NCBI GenBank assembly: GCA_050084985.1
Contig: JBITNC010000002.1
Span: forward strand, 4,278,001-4,342,000
Origin: Nageia nagi
Lineage: Eukaryota; Plantae; Pinophyta
DNA length: 64,000 nt
Direction: 5' to 3'
Position numbers and translations under genes: made by a program. Positions 1-10,199 of the stretch are shown one piece after another. Within the stretch, counting starts at the first letter, position 1. Each line of letters begins with the position of its first letter. The notes under the pieces are model-generated. The model worked only from the letters and a program-made list of their open reading frames with translations, had not been told where the DNA came from and searched no databases.

Positions 1-59
1 GTTTTGACATTCAAAACAATGTTAAGAAGAAGTCACTAATGGCATATAGGATTGCATTC

Positions 60-930
60 CTGTTGATTATTGAGACTGACTTTTGGTGATTTGCGAGGTT
101 GCATTTTTGATGAAATTTTGGGTTGAGTCTTTGAATGAGATGACTGTAAATTTCATGATAATTGGGACTGCAATGATGGTGAGGGCGATGATTGTAATTG
201 CCTCCTTTGCGACACTTGGGGTGACAATTTGGATGATGTTTGGGACCGTGCTTTTAGTATTGTCTGCTTCTGCATTTCTGACATCTTGGGCAGCATTTCT
301 GATGTTGTATAATTCTGCATTATAGATGTGGTTGTGAACTGCACTTTTAGTGTTGCTTACTGCTACACTTCCAACATCCAGGGCAACAATTTGGATGATG
401 ACTACTGTTGTGTTTATGAAGTCTTGGATTGCATTTACTGCTGTTTTCCTCGTGTCATTTTGGGCTGCACTTTTCATGTCTTATGAGGATATGAACTTCA
501 TGATGATGGGAGATGTTATAGTCATGTTTCTCATATTGGAAGAGACTGATATAACCATGTCTAAGACTGCATTTCTAAGGGAGACTGCTGCTGTGTTTGT
601 TATGGTATTTGGGACTGCACTTCTGATGGTGATTGGGGATGCATTCCTGCTGATTTTTGAGTCTGCATTTTTGTTGACATTTGGGGCAGCGTTTTTGAAT
701 ACAATTAAGACTGTAATATTGATAATGTCGGCTGCATTACTGATCAAGTCTCGGGCTGTACTTCTCATGATACATCTAATGGTGTTTGGGGCTGTGTTGG
801 AGACAATGGAGGCTGTGTTTTGTATCAGATTTGTGACTGCTGCATCTTGTTTGATGGAAGAAGCTACTTTAACCACATTGCTTGGGATTACTTGGGCTGC
901 ATTCTTCATGATGACAAGGGTTTGGGCTCT
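60..930. repeat. Degenerate ~24-bp tandem repeat (approx. TTTGGGCTGCATTTCTGATGATG) with long open frames on both strands
   Basis: Recurrent gggctgcatt/gactgcatt...gatgatg units. Minus ORFs 481..1017 and 67..477 share one frame separated by a single stop and show ~8-aa periodicity (NAAPNVNK NADSKISR NASPITIR SAVPNTIT). Confidence 0.65.
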
Positions 931-2427
931 TAGAGCTGAGCTGCGAAAGACTGATATGCACATGCACAAGTTAATAGATTTCATGTATGTTGATTTGCAA
1001 GACATGAAATATGGCAATAATGTGAAGATAGTTTTTCAAAACTGTAGTGATTGCCTTGCCACTGGGGTTTTGTACTCTCATGCACATGGACGGTTTCAGG
1101 TATTATTTGCAGCATGTATGAATCTTAATGTTGTCTTTGCACCAAAGGATACTTGAAAGTCAATATCTCGACATGATGATGTTGTGAGGATAGAGTTTAA
1201 TGATGATGAATGTGGAAAGGAACAAAATGTTGCACATCTGGTTTGGAATTGCTTGTGGACATGCAATTTTGGGAAGGACAGACTTGTAATGTCCCCAATT
1301 TTGGCATCTCAACCATTTTTGCATTATGATTCTTTAATTGGGCCACATGGAGTGGGATGCCCCTCTCCTAGAAATAATTAGGAGTGTTTTTAGTGGTTAG
1401 GAGTGATTTTTATATTTTAAAATAATAATGGGACTTTATTTGATTGAATAATGTAAGTTTGTAATCCCAAAAGAGAATTAGACATCTCTAAATGTGACAT
1501 CCCATGTCTAGGTGTACTTAGGAGAGATTTAATACATTTAGGTGTATTTTTGCATTCTCAATTGTAATGTTGTAATTGGAAATCTGTAGGATGGAAATTT
1601 GTGATTCCAAAATCAAATTGTAAGCCTTTAGATGGGACGTCCAGTTCTGCTTGATTCCAAGGTGAGATCTAGATTTCAAAGTGGGATGTCTAGCTATAAG
1701 GGGAGGAGGACACCACTTTGAGGATCATCTTTGTCTATCATCAATTATTCCTTTTGAGACTTGGCTGCAAAGTTAGTTTCTAGCCTTTTGTGGATGAAAA
1801 CTTGCAAGAGAGTGGTCTAGAGGATGAAAACCCTCTTCGATCCAAGGCTTAGGGATGAAAACCTTTAAGTCTTTGTTCCATTGAGTTTTTTTGGTGGTTC
1901 GCCCCATTCAAGGAGGTTCATTGAACTTGTGGAGAGTGAGTGACTTGTTTTGAGGAGTCAGAGTCAGTGAGTTGAGGCCTTGGAGTGAGACGTCCAGCTT
2001 GTGGGGGTGTTGGGTGCAGTTTCAGTTTTCAGATTTGGGGTTAAAGGCCCTAATAGTGTGACGTCAACCTTGTGAGGAGTTTGTAGTGTGTTTCTTACAT
2101 TTGATCTGATCTTCTAGCCAAACGTTCAACTTGTTGTGCCTTACACAACTCACCCCAAAATTTCGCAATTTTGGGGGCCTTCTACAACTTACATTCGTCT
2201 GGCGCCTAGTCAATTCAGCCTCCCCCTGTCCTCGATCGAACCAAGATCACGCCTACCAGCCCATCACCTAAGTGTGTCCAAATAGCCTAGTCATGGTCAT
2301 GTCGTGTTGAAGAGTTAGAACCCTCGAAAATGGCTAAGTTTGGGAATTTAAGTCGAATTTAGGTGAAATTGGGAAACTTGAGTTGAGTCGGAGCCAAGCA
2401 AGATAGATCTAGACCACCCCCAGACCT

Positions 2428-3391
2428 GGTGCATGCTCTAGGAAGACAAAATTTTGTCTTTCTGGGACGTGGGCTTGGGTCAAGAAGATGCCCGATTTGG
2501 AGTTCAGGTATGGAAGAGCAAACTGGGTCACTTCTGGACCCAGCGCATGCTTCCAAAAGACAAATTTTTGTCTTTTTGGGACATGCGCCAGGCCCAGAAG
2601 GACGCCCAAGACGAGATGAAGGCTTGGAAGCAATAACTTAGTGCATTTCAAGGCTGGCGCATGCCTCAAAAAGACAAGATTTTGTCTTTTTGAGGCATGC
2701 GCCCAAGTCAGGAGGCTGCCAGGATGGACTTGAGTCTCGAGAAGAAGTGCATTTACCCAGGGGGTTGGCGCATGCCTTAAAAGACAAAATCTTGTCTTTT
2801 GGGAGCATGCGCCAAGCCCAAGAAGGCTTCCAGATGAGAAAAAATGGAAAAATTGGCGAAGGGATGGAGTCTTGAAGCTTGAATCCCGCTCTAGCATGAC
2901 TAGAGGGGCTGGCGCATGCCTCAAAAAGACAAATTCTTGACTTTTGGGAGCATGCACCAAGCTTGGGAAAACACTAGGACGGGGTGAACTTGAAAGTTTG
3001 TCTAAGTCCTGAGAGCAGAAGACCAAAATGAAGCAAATTTGGCCACCTGCAATCCAGCGCATGCCTCAGGAAGACAAAATCCTGACTTTCTGGACCATGC
3101 GCCCAGACTGGAGAAGCTGGAGAACTTGGAGCACGTTTCAAAAAGACAAAATCTTGTCTTTTGAAATCATGCGCCAGGCTTGGAGGGGCCTTCGGGTTAG
3201 TTCATTGGGCAAAATCGGCAAGTTGGGACAATAGAAAAGGCAAAACGGACAAGTTGAAGGTTTCATCTTGAGCATGAAAGGTCGAGACGGACGAGTGGGG
3301 AACACAGGAAGACGATGGGCGAAGAGCATGCATCCTCAGATTGAGTGCATTTTCCAGAAAGACAAAATCTTGTCTTTTTTGGCCATGTGCA
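2428..3391. repeat. Array of 8 interspaced ~48-bp palindromic repeats (GGCGCATGCCTCAAAAAGACAA-N4-TTGTCTTTTTGAGGCATGCGCC)
   Basis: Copies start at about 2428, 2543, 2656, 2767, 2911, 3057, 3129 and 3345. The copy at 2656-2703 has perfect 22-bp arms and a 4-nt loop. Spacers are ~25-170 bp and mostly dissimilar. Confidence 0.92.
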
Positions 3392-3617
3392 AGCCCTAAA
3401 AGATCCCTAGACCCCCCACGTCCGATCTCCGACGGTCAAGCATGGTAGTTTAAGAGCGAACACATCTTGAGGTTGGTCATCTGGATGGCCAAGATCAATT
3501 CCTCTCATGCCTAGCCGACTAGGGTTTCTTGGAAACCAAAATTTGCCTATAGCCACCAACCTGGGGAGCTCATTTTCTCAAACTCAAATTATCTTGCTCC
3601 TCATCTCGTGCACCATA

Positions 3618-3980
3618 ATGGCTGAACTAAACCTTGAGGCACCAAGGCAAGAAGGCGAGACAGGGAAAGGTATGACCACTAGTAATGTCTCGCCAAGACA
3701 GAAGCACAACGTTGACATCGTAGCCTCAATAAGATCACTGCATGAGGATCCCAGCCTAAGAGCTAGAGACGAATCTACAGACACTCACTATGTGAGTAGG
3801 TTTGTGTTCAAAGTGAACAATACACTGTTTGTCACCAGAGTTTCCTTGAACAGAGACCCGAAGAAGTCGCAAGACTTGGAGGCTCATACCCTTAAGATTG
3901 AAACTGATGAAGTCAAATCCACTAGGGTGGAGCGGATAAGAGATGTCACCAAGCTCGCCAAGGAGCTAGAAGAGAGGTAG
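3618..3980 (+). CDS. Orphan ORF inside the putative LTR (MAELNLEAPRQ...KELEER), unknown function
   Basis: Part of ORF 3507..3980, with an ATG in good context at 3618 after a TATA-like cctatag at ~3546. Charged, protein-like composition. The frame continues past the TAG to ~4170. No family recognised. Confidence 0.35.
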   Translation: MAELNLEAPRQEGETGKGMTTSNVSPRQKHNVDIVASIRSLHEDPSLRARDESTDTHYVSRFVFKVNNTLFVTRVSLNRDPKKSQDLEAHTLKIETDEVKSTRVERIRDVTKLAKELEER

Positions 3981-5851
3981 GGAAAGCTGAGCTTAGAAGG
4001 AGAGACCACACCTTCCAGTCCAAATCTTCTTCAAGACCAGGTAGCCACAGGTGGACGAAGGTACCATCAGCGATCCAGTGATGAAGTCCTCAAGCTTAGT
4101 ACAGCAGAGACAGCGAAGGTGGACCAACAGGATTAGATCGGAGAACCATTAAGGGGAGATATTGCAGGTGCAACAATTAGCTTTTATTTTATTTATTGCA
4201 ATTTTATTTCAAAATTGGATTTCAAAAACTCATTAAATTTTGTACAGCCTTGTGATGGATGAGGATTTGCTCCCATAAGTGTTGGAATAAATCTTGTAAT
4301 GCCATGTGGCATATTTTTATTGGACCGCATCTTATTTTCTTGAAACTTGTGATTAGGGTTAGGGAAACTTGGTTGGTCACTCCCAAAACTATTTATACCC
4401 CATTTTGATTCATTTGTAGGGGGATTGACACTTTTAACAATTGAAAGGAACTTTTGCTTGCCAGACCAAAAATTCTCTAAATTGTTAAATGTGGTGTATG
4501 TAAATGTAATTGTGACGAAATGCTTCTTATATTGTAATGCCAAATTTGAATGAATGATTGACAGTGTTGCCTAGTTTGTTCTATCATTGCTTTGTGTTGA
4601 TATTAATCACTTGGTGCATCTTGTAAATTCCAATTGGGGTGGAAAAGAGAATGCTTGTATATTTTATGAAGTGGTTGATTAGCATCTTGTTCGTGATATT
4701 TTGTCATCTGCAATCTTAGGCTTGGATACCTCAAGATGTCTTGTTGATGTCGCTCATAGTAGGAACTTCACCCAGATTGTTGAGTGTCACCTTCACCCAT
4801 CCTATTCCATCCTTGCCACAGCTTCAAGCTCCTTCCACTAGACCATTTGTGTTGTTGGCTAGTGGGATGGATCAAGGGTGCGTGGAATTTACACCGAGAC
4901 CCAGCAAGTCAACTTTTGAGGACCTTATACCAAGTCCGTGAGTATGCATGCCTACAGTTGCATCCCACTACCCACAGTCTTTCCACCACGTTTTCCTTTA
5001 TTTTATTTTACACTTTTTTTTCTGCGATTATCACACCCCTTATTTCCCTTTCAGCATTTTCCAGAAACAACTTAGCTTGGCTACAAAGATGATTTGAGTC
5101 CTTGAATCCACACATGATATTCATGTTGGTGGCAGCTTTAAACACCTCAGCCGTTCCTTGGGTTGTCCTCACCAAGTCATGAAGCTAACCTTTGGGGTAA
5201 CCAGTCCCAATAGCGGGAGGAAGTAATGTCCCTTCACCTGAGGTATTGGCATTTTTCTCACTGCTCCAGGGTAAGAAAGAAAAACACCCCAACACAATCC
5301 TTTGGGCCAATATTTCTGATTTTACGATACTTGTTTGTAATTTTGCAATATTTTATTGTAGTTGGGTGCAATTAACAAATTGATCTGTAAATCTGGTTTG
5401 CAGTAATCTCTTCATGCATATCTGAAATAAACCTTTAATTCCGGTCTGCAATAATATTTCTGGGCAGGTTTGTAGTAAATCTCTAAATCCAAAACTGCAA
5501 TAATTAGTTTGAGTAGATTTAGGGCACAATTCTAATTTGCTTTTATGCTATTTTCTTGCAAATTCTGGTTCGTCCTAGTTTGGGAAATTACATGATGGTC
5601 TGGATGACAGTTTAAATAAATCCAAGAATTATCTTTGTGTTGAGCAAGGAGGCATTGCTTGCAAAAGTTGCGAGTTTTCCGGTTGAGGGCAGAGGACTAT
5701 CTTCAGACTGTTTAAAGGCATTTTTGAAAGTCACCATCACAGTTGGGTAGAGTCCTCGCAATTGTGTAGATGACATGGTTATAATTGCAGATGGAGGTTG
5801 ACGTCAGTATTGTGTTGTCAGGGGAGTTAGTAATGTGGACATTTGACTGAA

Positions 5852-6290
5852 GTGTGACTAGTGTGAGCCTCACAGTAGCCTTGCACTGGTTTTGAGTTTG
5901 TATCTTCAACCATGGTGTATTGGAAGGGGGAATCATGGTAAAAATTTGGAAAAGATATTCTGGTTCATCAAGAGATTGGTTCCACTTGGGCAAGCTATTT
6001 AGGTGTGACTAGTGTGAGTCTTACAATAGCCGGAGTTATGGTTAGTTTAGAACAGAGCAAAGGAATAAGGCAGACTACAAACCAGAGACTTATGCCATCC
6101 AGTAGATATCACTAGTGCAAGCTATGTAGATGTCACTATTGAAAGCGATATTCTGGGTTTTTGATTGTTTTGGTTCCCTTAGGAACGCTATGCAACTTTC
6201 ACTAGTTGGAGCCTCACGATAGCTGGAGTTATGGTCAGTTTAGGTAAGAGCGAAGCAATAACGTAGACTGCAAACCTGAGCCTGCATTGA
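5852..6290. repeat. Three diverged local duplications of an ACTAGTGTGAGCCTCACAATAGCC... unit
   Basis: Similar segments start at ~5852, ~6003 and ~6201; the latter two extend to ggagttatggt(t/c)agtttag...agact(a/g)caaacc. Confidence 0.6.
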
Positions 6291-6699
6291 GTGAGGAGAT
6301 TCAATATTGAGTCCCCCAAAGATTCTACAGACATGCTACAGCAAGGTTGGTCATCCACGGAAATGCTACAAGGCAAAAGTGCCTAAGATGAAGACTACCC
6401 AAAGAGATTCAAGGAAGAACATCTTCCATGATTGAGAGTATGAAGTCAGATGCAGGGATATTCCAAAGACAGATGGAAGTCAGGTGAATATTGCCAGTAG
6501 GATGAAGACGCTGGAACAATTGTTGTAGCATTAAACCAGTCTGTTGCGAGTCTAGCAGTTGAGAAGGCTGTGTTGAGTAACCATTCAGAGATGTAGTGGT
6601 CCATGGTGACACATGCAATAGATCTGTCTCCTTAGATACAGATCATATTGCAGATTTAATAATGTAACCTTTTTGGTCTAGATAACTTTATCAAATTTA

Positions 6700-7090
6700 G
6701 AGATGAACATGGGGTTCTTTCCTGTTCTTGAGAGGTATAAGAAAAAAATGTTATAACTAGTTCTTATCCCCCAAAAAAAGTCTCACTGGCAAAGCTTCTG
6801 TCTGGCCCTTGTAGATCAGGAGCAAATATTATTTCTTAGGAGAAGCAAATGCAAATTTCGGAGATGCTTTGAAGCTTTTCCTCAAAAACTAACTCTCTAC
6901 CTGACCCCTACGTGGAGATAAAATCACCCTGCGGTTTGGGTCTGAAAATAGGGGTCTTTCTTGGGTCCTCCACCCTTTAAATTTCTGAAGAAAAAATGCA
7001 TCCCATAGGGAGCTGAAAGAAAGCCCCACCTGTGGGGCAATGTTTTTTTGCTTAAACGTGGTATACAGATCTTGCAAACTTTGCAGCAGA
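6700..7090 (-). mobile_element. Decayed LINE C-terminal fragment (RNase H-proximal)
   Basis: Minus-strand translation ...RVILSPRRGQVES.F... resembles the W.PP..G.VK.NFDG motif that precedes the plant L1 RNase H. Heavily degenerate. Confidence 0.35.
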
Positions 7091-7346
7091 AATCAGAAAC
7101 CTGTCAAAAGCTGGATTTGTTCATCATGATTACACTAAAAAGGCTATTAATTCTGAAAGTTCAGCATTATATTGCTGAGGGTGATCTTTATGTATCTCTG
7201 TCGTACATATATCAAAGACCTTCTTTCTCACAAAAAATTCCAAGCAAGATTTTTTTTTAGGATTATCCATATCTTCTACATTTTTAATAACACCATAGCT
7301 TCATCAATCAGAAAAATGGGCGATATGGGAAACACATTATTTTTTG

Positions 7347-7765
7347 CTAATATTGGTTAGAGCTAATATTCTATTCAAATACCAACTTTTAACAATTGCC
7401 ATGTTCATTCCAAACTGTACAAAGATAAACCCAAAATTTGAACAATAAACTGTAGCGAAGAATAGGGGAGACGGAGATAGGAGGATGCCAAGTTACTGAT
7501 TGGAGGATTGCTGGCCACCTCAATTTTATCCCCGGTTACATCATCTTAATCTTTTGCCTAATATTGTTTAGAGCTAACATACTATTCAAATGCCAGATTA
7601 CAATAGGTGCCATGTTCATTCCAAACTGTACAAAGATAAACTCAAAAACAAGAACAATAAACTATAGAGAAGAATAGGGGAGGTGGAGAGAGGAGGATGC
7701 CCAGTAACTGATTGGAGGTGTTGGGATTGTTTGCCATCTCAACTTCATCCCTGTTGACATCATCA
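7347..7765. repeat. ~210-bp tandem duplication (2 diverged copies)
   Basis: ctaatattg(g/t)ttagagctaa...gccatgttcattccaaactgtacaaagataaac...gaagaatagggga...acatcatc occurs at 7347-7545 and 7558-7765. Confidence 0.85.
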
Positions 7766-8019
7766 TAGTCATAATCGAAACACAGGGACAATACCCTCAT
7801 TGAATGCTGTCTTAATGCTGAACTTGGCTGTCAACAGGTGCACTGCATCTGCTAGTATGCTGATATAATTCACCACACATATATATATAGCGTTGGAGGA
7901 TGAAAGAGTGATAATCCCTTGTTGGTTGTTACTCAATAGATCACCAATATCTTCCAAGGATAGTCTTAGAATTCCGGGTTCATACGAAGGAGCAGATGTT
8001 AGAATAAGGCCAATTGAAA

Positions 8020-8410
8020 GTAACTTTTGGCCAAAAAATCTACTGCCTTGTTTCCAACTATTCTGATGGGACACACCTTAAAATGAGACAAACCTAATGA
8101 AGTACTTGGATATCTTTTAGCACATTCACACAATTCCATATGAGAGTGCATTTGTCTTGTATTGCTTTGATTATTAATTTGAAGTCTTCTTATATCCATA
8201 AATTTTCAATTCCTAGATTTCGACTAATCTGCATACCTTGCCAAAGGGCTAGAAATTCTGATTTATTATTTGTTTTAATCCTGAAAGTTAGACTGTAATA
8301 AACCACAATTCCAACTCTATAATTTCCCAAAATATCTATTGGCCTTGTTGAACCTGGGTTCCACCTTGGATGCCCTATCAAAATTGTGTTTGACCCATTC
8401 ATAAAACTAA
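8020..8410 (-). mobile_element. Plant LINE-type RNase H (RVT_3-like) remnant
   Basis: ORF 8190..8402 gives ...RWNPGST...ILGNY...IKTNNKSEFLALWQGMQISRNLGIENLWI, and downstream there is GNKAVDFLAK. These match RNase HI-like motifs (GNPG, TNN.AE..AL, N..AD.LAK). Confidence 0.75.
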
Positions 8411-8439
8411 TGAGTCCACTTGCAATACCACTAATACAG

Positions 8440-9830
8440 TGTATACCTGCATTTTCATAAGGTTGTCATCAAGAGAAAGGGCGAAGGAGCTACGCTACAA
8501 TTTTGATGAGAAGTGAATATCAGGGCATAGTTCTAACGTCTAAGAAATATAACATCTATTTGTTAGACGTGGAGGTCAACTCAGCGATTGAAGTTCCCTA
8601 AGTAATGACAAAAATCATTTTTGGAGTCTCCCACAAAAGCTGTAGAACAACTACTAGAGGAGAAAATTTCTAATATTTTTGTACATGACCTAGGGGTCAC
8701 TATCCCTCAAACAGTGATAATGATTTAACATATTAAGGGGCACAAGGTGGTAGTATTGTAAGACTTAGGTAGTATTCAAAACTTAATTGATTACAAGGTG
8801 GCCAAGCAAGCAAATTGTTTTATATATGACAGCAATAATTTCCAAGTGATGGTGGCCAATGGGGGAAAGATGCCTTGCTGAGCAAAGTGTTGCAATTTTC
8901 ACTTAAGGGTTAGTATTATGGAATTTTTTAGTATTATAGATTTACGTCATTGTGACAGGGAGGCCCCACATGTTGAAGGAATTACTAGCAGGTCCTACAC
9001 AGATTATCACCTTGCATAGGATGGAAAAATTACTCAAGTGGGGCTCCCATGGTGTAATTGTCTAATCCTATCATCTAGACTTATATGCGATGTTGGCAGA
9101 AGGACTTCCTCTAAATATTCAAGCTATTTTGAATAAATATAGCAGGACATTCTGGGAATCATCTGACTTACCTCTTGCCACACAATAAGATCAAGTTTGC
9201 TTGATTCCTTGCAATCACCCATCCAACATTTGTCCATATAGATAGTCTTACCAACAAAAGAGTGAGATTGAGAAGATGGCAAAGGATTTATTGAACGTAG
9301 GATTCATCCAACCTAGTGTCAATCCTTTCACCCCTAGTATTATTGGTTAGAAAGGAGGATGGGTCTTGGATGTTGTGCATGGACTTAAAGGAACTAAATT
9401 GTATCACCATCAAAGATTAGTTCCCTATCCAAATCATTGATGATTTATTGGATATGGGAGCAAAATTTTTCACCAAGTTGGACCTTCGATTGGGGTACAA
9501 CCAAATCAGAATGAGCAAGGAATACATTTCTAAGACAGCCTTTAAAACACATGAAGGCCACTATTAGTTTCTCGTAATGCCATTTGGACTTACCAATGTA
9601 CCTTCCATCTTCCACATTTGAGACTTTGAAGAATCAAGTGCTGAAATCATATCTTCGAAAGTTTGTGATGGTGTTCTTTGATAACATTTTGATTAATCTT
9701 GGGAGGAGAACCTTCATCATGTCATTGTTATTGCATTTGCTTCTGGAAAATCAGCTTTATGTCAAGAGGTCCAAATGTGCTTTTTAGGCTCCAAAAGTGG
9801 AATATTAGGTGTGTATAATTTCTATGGAGA
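8440..9830 (+). mobile_element. Ty3/Gypsy (chromovirus-like) gag-protease-RT remnant
   Basis: Degenerate zinc knuckle at ~8480. RT motifs across frameshifts include [59 protein letters not shown] and LRKFVMVFFDNILI. Confidence 0.9.
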
Positions 9831-10199
9831 GTGTACTACTTGATTATTCAATGATTATGTTATGTTGTAGGGTAGCACATATTCGTTGACCTCGACTTGT
9901 ATTGATCTACCAGTTTCACCAATGTACTACATTCGCGTGTGATCTTGTATACCCCTCTTCTTTGTAGCATGTGTTTGCCCCTATTAATTTTTAAATTAAA
10001 TTGGGCAATCTCAACCTCCTTGGAGATCTATGAAGTGTCTCATTTTTTTTAGGTTGTAATGAAAGGATGTTTTTTACAAATTCAAAACTACGTTGTAGAC
10101 CCAAAATAAAGAACAATGTATCAAAACATGCACATTTATTATGCCTAAGTAATCAAAATAGATCAATAGCTAAATATGGAGATTTTGCAATTAGGATTT

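Larger units (their letters stand above)
1285..5705. mobile_element. Putative solo LTR, 4421 bp, TG...CA, 4-bp TSD GACT
   Basis: Starts TGTAATGTCCCC at 1285 and ends ...GACTATCTTCA at 5705. GACT lies at 1281-1284 and 5706-5709. GC-richer than the flanks, TATA-like ctataag at ~1694, no gag/pol motifs seen inside. Confidence 0.65.

Noticed and set aside
2359-3329. Several overlapping ORFs (e.g. 2409..3062, 217 aa) across the palindrome array
   Set aside because: They are translations of the palindromic repeat on both strands (recurrent FVFLRHAP / KDKILSF), with no independent coding evidence.
2428-3391. A true CRISPR array
   Set aside because: The context is eukaryotic TE sequence, no cas genes are present, the repeats are degenerate and spacer lengths are highly variable (25-170 bp). 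Kept only as a CRISPR-like repeat.
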